This document shows positions 1 through 8,961 of a stretch of DNA of 64,000 bases, piece after piece. A program made the position numbers and the translations under genes. The notes under the pieces were generated by a model. It saw nothing but the letters and a program-made list of their open reading frames with translations. It did not search any database and had not been told where the DNA came from. Numbering within the stretch: position 1 is the stretch's first letter; each line of letters begins with the position of its first letter. Origin of the DNA: an uncultured Gemmatimonadales bacterium (GTDB lineage: Bacteria > Gemmatimonadota > Gemmatimonadetes > Gemmatimonadales > GWC2-71-9); NCBI GenBank assembly GCA_963798915.1, contig CAWCVB010000002.1, positions 1 through 64,000 on the forward strand. The letters run 5' to 3'.

Positions 1-591
1 ATTTTGGTGTTCACACGTGCGGGAATTTGGGTGTTCTTCTACACGGGTGGACTCGGCGAGCAGCCCGGCTGGTGATGGAGTGGGGGAGGCTTCGGTGGAA
101 GGTGGCGGTTGAGGAGCAGTAGCCGCCGCCCACCGCTTCGCCGGGGTTTGCACTCACCTGCGCTCACCCCAGCATCCCGGGTCAGGCCGGTGCTCGGGCG
201 TCGCTCGTGGCCTCCGAAGGGCGGCCAGAGGCCGCGCCGACAGCAATCGAGTTGCCGCGCTTGGATGGGTTGCGCCTCTACGTAACAACGACGTCCAGCC
301 CTCCGCCTTGCAGCCTAGGACGTGCTGATCGCGGGCCGAAGTGGCACGGGAGAGCACTTGGCTTCCTGGAACCAGGAGGATTATCGTGTTCGAGTCGGCC
401 ATCGAGGCCATCCACATCGATGGTGTGCTGCGAAACTCGCGATTTCGCGGTTTTCCAAAATCGCACTGCGCGGCGTAAGATGGGGGGACTGAGCACAGGC
501 ATTGCTACCAGGATGGCAATTGATTGGACGGTAGGCGCACGAAACGCGCACATCTGAACCGGAGTCGCACATTTTCGCGCCTAATAGTCCT

Positions 592-1263
592 GTGTCGCCT
601 CTTAAATTTATCGCGCACAGTCGGCGTGCTATACGAATAGCTGTGGATCACGGCTGGCTCCCCGGAGCACGATATACCAATTTGCGAGATGTGCGAGACT
701 TTGACGAACTTGGCTTTCTCGACATTGATTGGCGCAATTACAATTTCAAGAGGCACTTGGATGCGGTGAAGACTACCCGACCGCTCCTTACGGTGGCTCG
801 CGATATAGTACACTATCGCGAACTGCATCGGGTGTTGGACGAAGCCGGTCAGCTTTCCGAATGGGCCGGTCGTGTAATCGTCGTACCAAAATCGCCGAAG
901 CTCGGCAGAGAACTACCCTTCGCTGTGCCAGACCAGTTCATTTTGGGGTACAGCGTTCCAACCCAATATGGAGGCACGACGATTCCCGTAACTCAGTTTC
1001 GCCGTCCTGTCCATCTACTTGGTGGCCGTCCTGATGTTCAACGCCGACTCGCAACCCGAATGCCAGTTGTAAGTCTCGATTGTAATCGCTTCACGCTCGA
1101 CGCGAAGTTTGGCGACTTCTTTGATGGGCAAGGCTTCAAGCGGCATCCTGTCGGCGGGTATGAAAGGTGTCTTCTGGCTTCGGTGACGAATATTACTTCC
1201 TTGTGGTCGGACTATCAGTCGCCTTGGGGGTGGGACGCATGGAGAAGCCGGAGAGTGGCGTGA
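592..1263 (+). CDS. DUF6610-like protein, probable TIM barrel distantly resembling TGT/DpdA transglycosylases
   Basis: 223-aa ORF, GTG start; motifs GYSVPTQYGG, PVHLLGG and VVSLDCN recall the H-x-LG...S-x-D signature of TGT-like barrels; family name from memory. Confidence 0.55.
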   Translation: MSPLKFIAHSRRAIRIAVDHGWLPGARYTNLRDVRDFDELGFLDIDWRNYNFKRHLDAVKTTRPLLTVARDIVHYRELHRVLDEAGQLSEWAGRVIVVPKSPKLGRELPFAVPDQFILGYSVPTQYGGTTIPVTQFRRPVHLLGGRPDVQRRLATRMPVVSLDCNRFTLDAKFGDFFDGQGFKRHPVGGYERCLLASVTNITSLWSDYQSPWGWDAWRSRRVA

Positions 1264-1970
1264 CGCCCTCCAATTCTGCAGACCGGCGCACGTTTTTGCT
1301 GAAGATGTACGATCAACTGTTTAATGACATCGATCGTCATATCCTAGTCGTTTGGCAATCTATTAGTGTAGTCGTAGGTGCCTTCGCATTGCTCGCTTTG
1401 GCAGAAAAGGGTGTGGCTCCGATCGATGTCTCAATCGCCATAATTGTTCTCTTGGCGGCATGGCTGGTGGCCCACCTCTATGACTCAGCGTACTGGTACA
1501 ATCGGAACCTCGCGATCATTGCAAATATCGAGCGGCAGTTTCTTGTGCGTAATGACTTGCAGGAAATCCACTACTACTGGGGCAAGCATCGCCCACACAA
1601 CAGGATGATTTCTCACCTGAGAATTCAATATGCTCTTGCCGTTGGCCTTGTTTCGATCGCCATGTATTTCCACTTTGCCGCCAGGGTTTATCCAGGCCTG
1701 CGTTCCAGTTGGGACAAGGTGGAGCCTCTCCGGGCATTGCCTTATGCAGTGCTGATTGCAGCGATCGTTTATTTGAACCGCCGACGACTCCGTGATAAGG
1801 CTGCGTATGAGGAGTTTCTTTGTAATTCGCCAGGGCTGCCGGTGGACACCAGTGGTATTACGTATGGAGTCGGTCATGGCTTCCAAGAACAGCCGAAAGA
1901 CAGCTCGAGCGGCCGCGGTGTACTACACGCAGATCCAGCTGACAAACGCGAACCAAATGGGCGCCCCTAA
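1260..1970 (+). CDS. Uncharacterised multi-pass membrane protein (about 4 TM)
   Basis: In-frame GTG at 1260 overlaps upstream stop (GTGA); four hydrophobic stretches; alternative ATG at 1239. Confidence 0.75.
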   Translation: MTPSNSADRRTFLLKMYDQLFNDIDRHILVVWQSISVVVGAFALLALAEKGVAPIDVSIAIIVLLAAWLVAHLYDSAYWYNRNLAIIANIERQFLVRNDLQEIHYYWGKHRPHNRMISHLRIQYALAVGLVSIAMYFHFAARVYPGLRSSWDKVEPLRALPYAVLIAAIVYLNRRRLRDKAAYEEFLCNSPGLPVDTSGITYGVGHGFQEQPKDSSSGRGVLHADPADKREPNGRP

Positions 1971-2050
1971 CTTGCGACGCGTCGATGCGGAGACACTTGC
2001 GCGAGCAGAAGTCGGTGAGGCCAGGCTTTTATGTGCGTGACTCATTAGCC

Positions 2051-2330
2051 CTACGCCACCTTCACCGCCCTCCCGTACCTCCCGTCGCTGTCCAGCGTCG
2101 CCTCGCCCAGCAGCGCCAGCGTCTCCAAGTGCCGAGCCATCAGCTTGACATCCGCCTTGGCAAACTGCGCCGTGGCTTCCTCCGGCGTCACCGATCCACG
2201 CGACGGCACCGCCTCCACCGCCGACAGCTGGTCCACGGCCTTTGCCGGCCAGGGTTCAGCAGCCGCTACCTTCCCTTCAGCGGCCGCCGGCCGCTCCAGC
2301 TTGAGCGCGGCTTCCGGCAGGTCCTGGCCA
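2051..2330 (-). pseudogene. C-terminal remnant of an MmeI-like (Type IIG/IIL) restriction-modification enzyme
   Basis: [13 protein letters not shown]...AQFAKA...[12 protein letters not shown]...GRY matches the C-terminal tail of MmeI-family proteins; no catalytic domains upstream; left boundary of homology approximate. Confidence 0.6.
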
Positions 2331-2417
2331 AAGAGCGGACGCGGGACTTGGGTCACGGGTCGCGGGCACGCGCTTTTTCGCCCTTCCATTCCCCTGCTGC
2401 AAGCACATATTTGACTC

Positions 2418-3341
2418 ATGAGCACGCCAGCCCGCCAGCGCACTGAAGCTTCCGTCACCGAGAAATTCCACGCCGCATCCATCAGCCGGCTGGACCCGCT
2501 GGCCACCACGCACCACGTTCACCTCGGCGATGCCCGGGATATGCACGAACTGACCGAACCACGATCGCTGCATCTGGTCGTGACGTCGCCGCCCTACTGG
2601 ACCCTCAAGGAGTACGATGGCTCGGCCGGCGAGAGCCAGCTGGGCCACTTTGACGGCTATGAGGGGTTCCATGACGAGCTGGCCAAGGTCTGGCAGCGGT
2701 GCTTCGATCTGCTGGTGCCCGGGGGCCGGATGTGCGTGGTGGTGGGGGACGTCTGCCTGTCTCGCAAGAAGGCAGGCCGGCACCTGGTCATGCCGCTCCA
2801 TGCCGACATCTCCATCCGCTGCCGGGCTATCGGCTTCGATTACCTGACGCCAATTCTCTGGTACAAGATCGCGAATGCCTCGACGGAGGTCGAAGGCAAT
2901 GGCTCTCCTTTCCTCGGCAAGCCGTACGAGCCTAATGCGATCGTCAAGAACGATGTCGAGTACATTCTGCTTTTCCGCAAGCCGGGCGGCTACCGGAGCC
3001 CGACCGCCGAGCAGCGCCAGCGCAGCCTGATTGACAAGGAAAGCCACTCCAAGTGGTTCAGGGCCATCTGGACGGATGTTCCGGGACAGTCGCGCCTTCG
3101 CGGGCATCCGGCACCGTACCCGACCGAGCTCGCGTACCGGCTGACCCGGATGTTCTCCTTCGCCGGCGATGTGGTCCTGGATCCCTTCCTGGGCACCGGC
3201 ACGACGACCGAGGCCGCCATTCGGGCCGAGCGCTCCAGCATCGGGTACGAAATCGAGCCCAAGTACATCGACATCATCCGCGAGCGGTTTGCCCAGCAGA
3301 CCTTGGCGGCTGAAGCGGAAATTCAACTTCCAAAGCGGTGA
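2418..3341 (+). CDS. Site-specific DNA methyltransferase, N4-C/N6-A beta class
   Basis: Motif IV TSPPY precedes HPAPYP and motif [12 protein letters not shown]. Confidence 0.95.
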   Translation: MSTPARQRTEASVTEKFHAASISRLDPLATTHHVHLGDARDMHELTEPRSLHLVVTSPPYWTLKEYDGSAGESQLGHFDGYEGFHDELAKVWQRCFDLLVPGGRMCVVVGDVCLSRKKAGRHLVMPLHADISIRCRAIGFDYLTPILWYKIANASTEVEGNGSPFLGKPYEPNAIVKNDVEYILLFRKPGGYRSPTAEQRQRSLIDKESHSKWFRAIWTDVPGQSRLRGHPAPYPTELAYRLTRMFSFAGDVVLDPFLGTGTTTEAAIRAERSSIGYEIEPKYIDIIRERFAQQTLAAEAEIQLPKR

Positions 3342-3415
3342 CCCACCGGCATCCCTGCAATACCTGAGGCGCTCCATGGCTCGACAAAGCCCCTCGTCCG
3401 TCCAATATCGCAACC

Positions 3416-4156
3416 ATGCCCCGTAAAGCTGATAGTCGGATCGTCCAGTACCTTAACTCCAATCTGTACCATCCGCGATCGTCCAAGCACGGTGATGCCC
3501 TCTGTGAGTTTCTGCTGGAAGATCTCCTTGCAGCCTGCGAGGCCTTTCAACGCCTCGCTGAGCAGGACCGCATCGTCTATCGCCCGAATTGCACCATTGA
3601 TCCAACATCATTCGATCAATGGAACGCAGACCTCGTGATCGGCCCGCCTACGCAGGCGCCCGAGCCAGGCGGGACACGTGTCGGCAGCATCGCCAAGGGC
3701 GACCCTTCCGAGATCTGGATGGCCATCGACGCAAAGACGATCATGACTGAGCACGGCAAGGCGCGTCGCAATCGTCAGCGGGATTTCAATGCTTTCCACG
3801 ACATTCTGCACCGCAAGAATCCCAAAACAGTCGTTGGCGGCCTCCTGCTCGTCAACATGGCGGAGCAGTTCCAGACTCCGCTGGCCAAGCAGAAGGAAGG
3901 CGCCACGGTTCATCGAGGCGTGGTCAAGCTGGTTTCTGAAATCGTGGAGTTGATGGGTGCCCTTCCGCGGCATGACAAGCAGAGTAGCCGAGCAGGGCTG
4001 GAGGCGATGGGGATCATCGTAGTGGCGCACAGCAACATACCAGGTGAGCAGACCCAACTGATTCAGGAGCCGCCTGCGCCGGCGGACACCGACTCGCTCA
4101 GCTATCACACATTCGTGCAGGACCTCTGTTCAGCGTTCACTGGTCGTTACGGTTGA
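3416..4156 (+). CDS. Putative Type II restriction endonuclease (PD-(D/E)XK-like)
   Basis: Co-oriented directly after the MTase; ADL...IDAK candidate catalytic motif; 246 aa. Confidence 0.6.
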   Translation: MPRKADSRIVQYLNSNLYHPRSSKHGDALCEFLLEDLLAACEAFQRLAEQDRIVYRPNCTIDPTSFDQWNADLVIGPPTQAPEPGGTRVGSIAKGDPSEIWMAIDAKTIMTEHGKARRNRQRDFNAFHDILHRKNPKTVVGGLLLVNMAEQFQTPLAKQKEGATVHRGVVKLVSEIVELMGALPRHDKQSSRAGLEAMGIIVVAHSNIPGEQTQLIQEPPAPADTDSLSYHTFVQDLCSAFTGRYG

Positions 4157-4336
4157 ACGTCGGGCTGCGACTCGCTACTGGTAGCTTCCGGTCGATATCT
4201 TCCTCACCAAGCACACCTTTGAGATAGATCGTCGGCGGAGCCGCGAGGACCTTGGCCTCGACGGCCACGTGGCCGGCCTTCCAGTAGTAAGACGGGAAGG
4301 CGGAAGGACGGGATGGGCAGGGCGAAGCTGACCCTG

Positions 4337-4465
4337 CGTCATTGCGAGGAAGCGCCTGCAGGGGCGGCCTGCGGACGCCCGTCGCGCTGACGAAGCAACC
4401 GAGTCGCGCGTATCGGGATGCCGGCTACCCGATTGCTTCGTCGGCTACGCCTCCTCGCAATGACG
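4337..4465. repeat. Palindromic intergenic element, GTCATTGCGAG...CTCGCAATGAC family
   Basis: 14-bp terminal inverted repeat CGTCATTGCGAGGA/TCCTCGCAATGACG plus inner GACGAAGCAA/TTGCTTCGTC; half copies at ~5086-5124 and ~12052-12110. Confidence 0.8.
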
Positions 4466-4555
4466 GCGCGTGGCGACCCTCGATTCGAGACCCGTGACCC
4501 GTTTTTCGTCTGCATTGACCTGCCGGACACAGTTTCGTACGGGCGCCCATGCGGA

Positions 4556-4585
4556 TTGTGCCCTTATAACATATTTGTTATATTC
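4556..4585 (+). promoter_or_regulatory. Putative TA promoter with palindromic operator
   Basis: TATAACA-TATT-TGTTATA (4565-4582) in an AT-rich patch with TTGTGC and TATATT hexamers upstream of an XRE gene. Confidence 0.55.
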
Positions 4586-4695
4586 AAGCCGCTGATTGAA
4601 CGGGCGGGACCCTGAGGGAAGTCAGTGGACAAGCCGATTATCTGAACGGCCCAAACGGGCCCGCGACCATTTCGCACGCGTCAAGGACATCGAAA

Positions 4696-5055
4696 ATGAA
4701 GACAGGGAATAGCGGACGATCCCGTTCCCGGACCAAGTCTGACGACCAGGAATTCGAAGCCGGCAGCGGGAATGTCTATGCCGACCTTGGCCTGGCCAAC
4801 CCTGATGAACGCCTGGCCAAGGCCAGGCTGGCCAGCGCCATCAATGCGATCATCCAGCAGCATGGATGGACCCAGGCCGAGGCGGCCAGGCACCTCAAGA
4901 CCCATCAGCCCGTGCTGTCCGCCCTTCGTCACGGCCGGCTCAAGAGCATCACCTACGACCGGCTGGTTGATTGGCTCGTTTTGCTGGGGCAATCCGTCGA
5001 GATCACGGTGCGGCCTGCCCGAGATGCACGTGTACGAGTCGCTATCGCGACTTGA
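4696..5055 (+). CDS. XRE-family HTH protein (antitoxin-like)
   Basis: GSGNVYADLG...TQAEAARHL..QP.LSAL..GRL signature; SD AAGGA. Confidence 0.85.
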   Translation: MKTGNSGRSRSRTKSDDQEFEAGSGNVYADLGLANPDERLAKARLASAINAIIQQHGWTQAEAARHLKTHQPVLSALRHGRLKSITYDRLVDWLVLLGQSVEITVRPARDARVRVAIAT

Positions 5056-5207
5056 GCTCCGCCGGAGATCCCGGTCGGGCTGCAAGGTTGCTTCGCCCGC
5101 CCGATGGACGGACTCGCAATGACGCCTCAGGCGAACGTCGCGTCCCGCGACCCGCAGCACCCGCATCAACGAGCAATACCGGATCTGTTTCCGGTGGGAG
5201 GATGGTC

Positions 5208-5573
5208 ATGCCGACGAAGTCGAAGTCACGGACTACCACTAGGCGGGCTCCCGGACTGGTGCAGCGGCGCCTGCCCAGCGAGCGGCCGCCCACGTCGCCC
5301 GGGGAGATGCTGCTCGAGGAGTTCCTCAAGCCGCTGGGCATTTCGCAGTCGGCCTTCGCGGTGCGCCTCGGCGTCTCGTTCCCCCGGCTGAACGAGATTA
5401 TCCACGCCAAGCGCGCCGTCACGCCCGACACCGCCCTGCGGCTGGCCCAGGTGACGGGCATGAGCGCGGATTTCTGGCTGGGACTGCAGCTGGACTGGGA
5501 TCTCTGGCACGCGCTCCGCACGCGGGCGGCGGCAGAGATTGCCCAGCTGGAGCCGCTGTCGAAGGTGGGGTAG
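5208..5573 (+). CDS. higA: HigA-family antitoxin
   Basis: PGEMLLEEFLKPLGISQ...RLNEII..KRAVTPDTALRL...FWLGLQ..WDL; GGAGG SD before ATG 5208. Confidence 0.9.
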   Translation: MPTKSKSRTTTRRAPGLVQRRLPSERPPTSPGEMLLEEFLKPLGISQSAFAVRLGVSFPRLNEIIHAKRAVTPDTALRLAQVTGMSADFWLGLQLDWDLWHALRTRAAAEIAQLEPLSKVG

Positions 5574-5639
5574 GGGGTCGAGAGTCGCGGGTCGAGAGTC
5601 GCGGGTCGAGGGTCGAGGGTCCCGGGACGCGGGCATTCC

Positions 5640-5776
5640 ACGCGACTAAAAGTCGCTGCTCGGCACGAATCGCCCTTCGGGCGATATTGTGCGTGGCCAA
5701 ACCGCATCACGGGGCAGATCCATCGGTATCGTGTCGCCGTAGGCGACGTGGGTCGAGCAGCGACTTTTAGTCGCGT
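5640..5776. repeat. REP-doublet (REPIN-like) element, copy 1
   Basis: Perfect 23-bp terminal inverted repeat ACGCGACTAAAAGTCGCTGCTCG; inner hairpins ATCGCCCTTCGGGCGAT and GTCGCCGTAGGCGAC. Confidence 0.9.
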
Positions 5777-6915
5777 CAGCTGCACCGACTACGAGCCGCC
5801 AGAGCCGGTGCCGGTCCCACCGGCGCCGGCTGCCGCGTGCAGAGGTGCGCCACCACGCGCTCAGCGTCCCGGCCGACGCCGTGCACCATGCCCGACGCCA
5901 GCGCGTGCAGAAAATGCAGCCCGACAAAATAGAGACCCGGCTCGCGCGGGACGATGCCCGATCGATGCTCCGGATGACCGGCTGCATCGAACACCGGGAG
6001 GTCGATCCAGTCGAAGCCGGGTTGAAACCCGGTGCACCAGACCACGTTGGCGACATCGAGCGACCGGCCGTCTTCCAGCACGGGCTTCCCCCGGTCCACG
6101 CGCGCGATCTTGGGGCCGCGCTTCACGCCCAGGCGCTTCAGCTCCCGGGGCATGACGCGGATCAGCGGACCGCCGCGGCTCGTCAGCACGGGCCGTGCGC
6201 GGCGGCCGATGGGCGTGTCGACCGTGAGCACCCGATAGAACATCACCCGCAGCACCAGCGGGACCAGGAGGAGACGGCCGGGCAGGCCAGCTATCCTGAA
6301 CGGCAGGTGCCCGGTATCGCGCCCGCACAACCACACGTCGTGGAGCGGCGCGAGCTCCTTCGCAATTTCGGAACCCGAGTTGCCCGCGCCGGCCACCAGC
6401 ACCGGCCCATCGCGCAACTGTGACGGGTTCCGGTACTCGAACGAGTGCAGCTGCACGATGGACGGGTCGAGCGCGTCGGCGAAGGCCGGGCGCCGCGGCC
6501 GCTGGTAGTTGGCCATCGCGACCACGACATTGTCGGCTTCGAAGCGGCGCCCGCCGCCATCCACGATAAAGCGACGCCCCGCGCGCGCGACGCGATCGAC
6601 CCGCGCCCCGGTCAGCACCGGCAACTCGAACTGCCGGGCGTAGCGCTCGAGAAAGTCCCCCATCTCGTCTTTGGTCGGGAAGGTGTGCGGCGGCGCCGGG
6701 AACGGCATGCCATCCAGGCCGTCGTAGCGCGCCGGGGTGAACAGCCGGAGCGAGTCCCATCGCTCGCGCCAGGTATCGCCAATGCGGTCCCGCGCCTCGA
6801 GTATCAGAAACGGCCGTCCTCGCCGGGCCAGATGGTACCCGACCGACAGGCCCGCCTGGCCGGCGCCGATGATGATGGTTTCGATGGATTCCGGTGTGCT
6901 TCTGTCTTCGATCAT
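5776..6915 (-). CDS. Flavin-containing monooxygenase / FAD-NAD(P)H oxidoreductase
   Basis: IGAGQAG, W..RWDSLRLFTP, GAGNSG, WCTGF motifs; start MIEDR with GGGAG SD. Confidence 0.9.
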   Translation of the reverse strand: MIEDRSTPESIETIIIGAGQAGLSVGYHLARRGRPFLILEARDRIGDTWRERWDSLRLFTPARYDGLDGMPFPAPPHTFPTKDEMGDFLERYARQFELPVLTGARVDRVARAGRRFIVDGGGRRFEADNVVVAMANYQRPRRPAFADALDPSIVQLHSFEYRNPSQLRDGPVLVAGAGNSGSEIAKELAPLHDVWLCGRDTGHLPFRIAGLPGRLLLVPLVLRVMFYRVLTVDTPIGRRARPVLTSRGGPLIRVMPRELKRLGVKRGPKIARVDRGKPVLEDGRSLDVANVVWCTGFQPGFDWIDLPVFDAAGHPEHRSGIVPREPGLYFVGLHFLHALASGMVHGVGRDAERVVAHLCTRQPAPVGPAPALAARSRCS

Positions 6916-7064
6916 GGAAATCTCCCGCGGTGACGGCGAGCCGGGGCGCGCAATCCAACCGCGATCCAGCGTCGCGCCGAGTCCAGCAGAAATGCTAGCG
7001 CCGCGGGCCAAACGCCGCATCGGCCGAATGGACCAGATCCGCCGGGCACCGCGTCTGGTTGATT

Positions 7065-8714
7065 CTATGCAGATGGCTGGAGCAGGCCGTGCTGGTGCGC
7101 ATAGGCCGTGGCGGCCGCGCGAGAGGAGACGCCGAGCGTCGCGAAGATGTCGGCGACGTGGCGGGCCACGGTCCGGTCGCTGATGGACAGCCGCTCCGCA
7201 ATGGCGCGATTGGGGAGCCCCGTGGCGAGGAGCGCCAGCACCTCGCGCTGTCGCTGCGTGAGCCCGTGATGCCGGGCCGTCGCGCGCGCGGTGAGTGCGT
7301 CGAGGTGCTGAAGGTCCGGGTGGGCGCCCAGCCGATCGAACGCGGCCCGCGCGGCCTCGAACTCGAGTTGCGCACCATCGTTGTCGCCCAGCGCGCGACA
7401 GGCCCGGCCGATCAGCACCCGGGCGCGTGCTTCGTCGTATGGCAACCCAAGCGCTTGCCACTCGTGGTACGCTCGCCGCAGCGGCACCAGCGCGGCTTCG
7501 GGGTGGCCGGCGGCCAGCTCGATCGCGCCGAGGCCGTACGCGGCCGCGGCCTCGAGCGCGGCAGAAGCGCAGACTGTCGCCATCGTGGCCAGCTCCTCGC
7601 AGGCCGCCCGTGCGTCATCGGGCGCATCCGCCTCGATGAAGACGTCGATCGCGGCGGGGAGCAGCCGGGCCCGGCCTGCGCGCGCGATCGTCTCGGCGAG
7701 CGAGCGCCGGATGGACGCGGCCGCGGCCGCCGAGTCGCCCTGCGCCAGCCGGAGCAGTGCCAGGCCCGGCTGCGGCTCACGACCCGCTCGGCTCGCCTCC
7801 CGGTAGCGCTGTTCGGCTGCCGCGAATTCGCCGCGCAGCCGGCACACATCGCCCTCCTGGTACGCGGCGAAGCCGTCGGCGCGCGGTTCCGACCCGCGGG
7901 CAAAGCACACGGCCGCCTGCCGCGCCTCCTCCACCGCGCCAGCCCAATCGCCGCGAAGCCGGAGGAGCTCGGCGTGATAAACCCGGCACTCCCCCGTGTA
8001 CGGAACCATGTCCGGCTGGCGGTCGCACCACGCCCCGAGGGCGGCGGTCCAGTCCTGCAGGCGCCGCAGCGCCCAGACCTCGCGACACACGCCGATCGCG
8101 CTGCAGTAGATGAGTCCCGTCACCGGCGGCGAGAGCTCGTCGGCGGATACGGCAATCATGGCCTCGTCGAGCAGCGCGAGGCCCCGGGAGACCGATCCCT
8201 GTCGCAGCAGCGCCCATCCTTCAAGAAGCAGCGCGAGTGCGAGCAGATCGCGCTCGCCGAAGCGCTGCCCGATGGCGGCGGCGCGTGAGGCGGCCTCGCG
8301 CGCGGTGTCGAACCGGCCGGCGGCCAAGGCCTGGTGGGCCACGGGGAGGAGCAGGTAGCCGCGCTCGGCGCAGTCGTCAGCCCCGTCACCGAGCAATCTG
8401 GATGCGCGGCCAAACCAGCCGGTGGCCGTGGTGATCTCGTTGCGATTGGCGAAGTGAAACCCGATCCAGAATGCGATGCGCGCGGCCGCGACGGGCTGGC
8501 CCCGGTCCAGGTGAAGCTGGTGCGCCGCCTGGAGCACCTCCACGAATTCGTGTTCCCGGCCGGTGAGGAAGCACGCCTGCGCCAGGCGCCAGAGGTCGCT
8601 CGCGGAGACGTCCGGATGCCCGCGAGCGGCGGAAAGCGACGCGTAGGCGTCTTCGTACGCGCCCGCCGTAAAGGCGTCGTGACCCTGCAGCAGGAGCGAA
8701 TCCATGGTTGGCAT
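7065..8714 (-). CDS. LuxR-family transcriptional regulator with helical-repeat sensor region
   Basis: C-terminal LTQRQREVLALLATGLPNRAIAERLSISDRTVARHV HTH. Confidence 0.9.
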   Translation of the reverse strand: MPTMDSLLLQGHDAFTAGAYEDAYASLSAARGHPDVSASDLWRLAQACFLTGREHEFVEVLQAAHQLHLDRGQPVAAARIAFWIGFHFANRNEITTATGWFGRASRLLGDGADDCAERGYLLLPVAHQALAAGRFDTAREAASRAAAIGQRFGERDLLALALLLEGWALLRQGSVSRGLALLDEAMIAVSADELSPPVTGLIYCSAIGVCREVWALRRLQDWTAALGAWCDRQPDMVPYTGECRVYHAELLRLRGDWAGAVEEARQAAVCFARGSEPRADGFAAYQEGDVCRLRGEFAAAEQRYREASRAGREPQPGLALLRLAQGDSAAAAASIRRSLAETIARAGRARLLPAAIDVFIEADAPDDARAACEELATMATVCASAALEAAAAYGLGAIELAAGHPEAALVPLRRAYHEWQALGLPYDEARARVLIGRACRALGDNDGAQLEFEAARAAFDRLGAHPDLQHLDALTARATARHHGLTQRQREVLALLATGLPNRAIAERLSISDRTVARHVADIFATLGVSSRAAATAYAHQHGLLQPSA

Positions 8715-8801
8715 CGAGACCTCGTGCGGCATCTGGCGATATGGGAACATGCCATGGCTGCGCGGCGGTGTCACGCGAGGGTCGAGGGTCGAGGGCGTTC
8801 C

Positions 8802-8939
8802 GCGCGACAAAAAGTCGCTGCTCGGCATGCATCGCCCTGCGGGCGATATTGTGCGTGGCCAAATCGCAACACGGGAACAGATTCATCGGTATCGTGTCGC
8901 CGTAGGTGACATGGGCCGAGCAGCGACTTTTAGTCGCGT
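8802..8939. repeat. REP-doublet element, copy 2
   Basis: Colinear near-identity to 5640-5776, same orientation. Confidence 0.9.
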
Positions 8940-8961
8940 AGAGTGCGCCAGCCCATCCCGC

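Noticed and set aside
1..160. Short direct repeats (ATTTTGGTGTTC / ATTTGGGTGTTC) resembling an IS end
   Set aside because: Cut by the window edge; no transposase or partner end visible
1962..2050. Possible attC after the membrane gene (CCCTAAC...ATTAGCC)
   Set aside because: No convincing inner complementary arms and no GTT core
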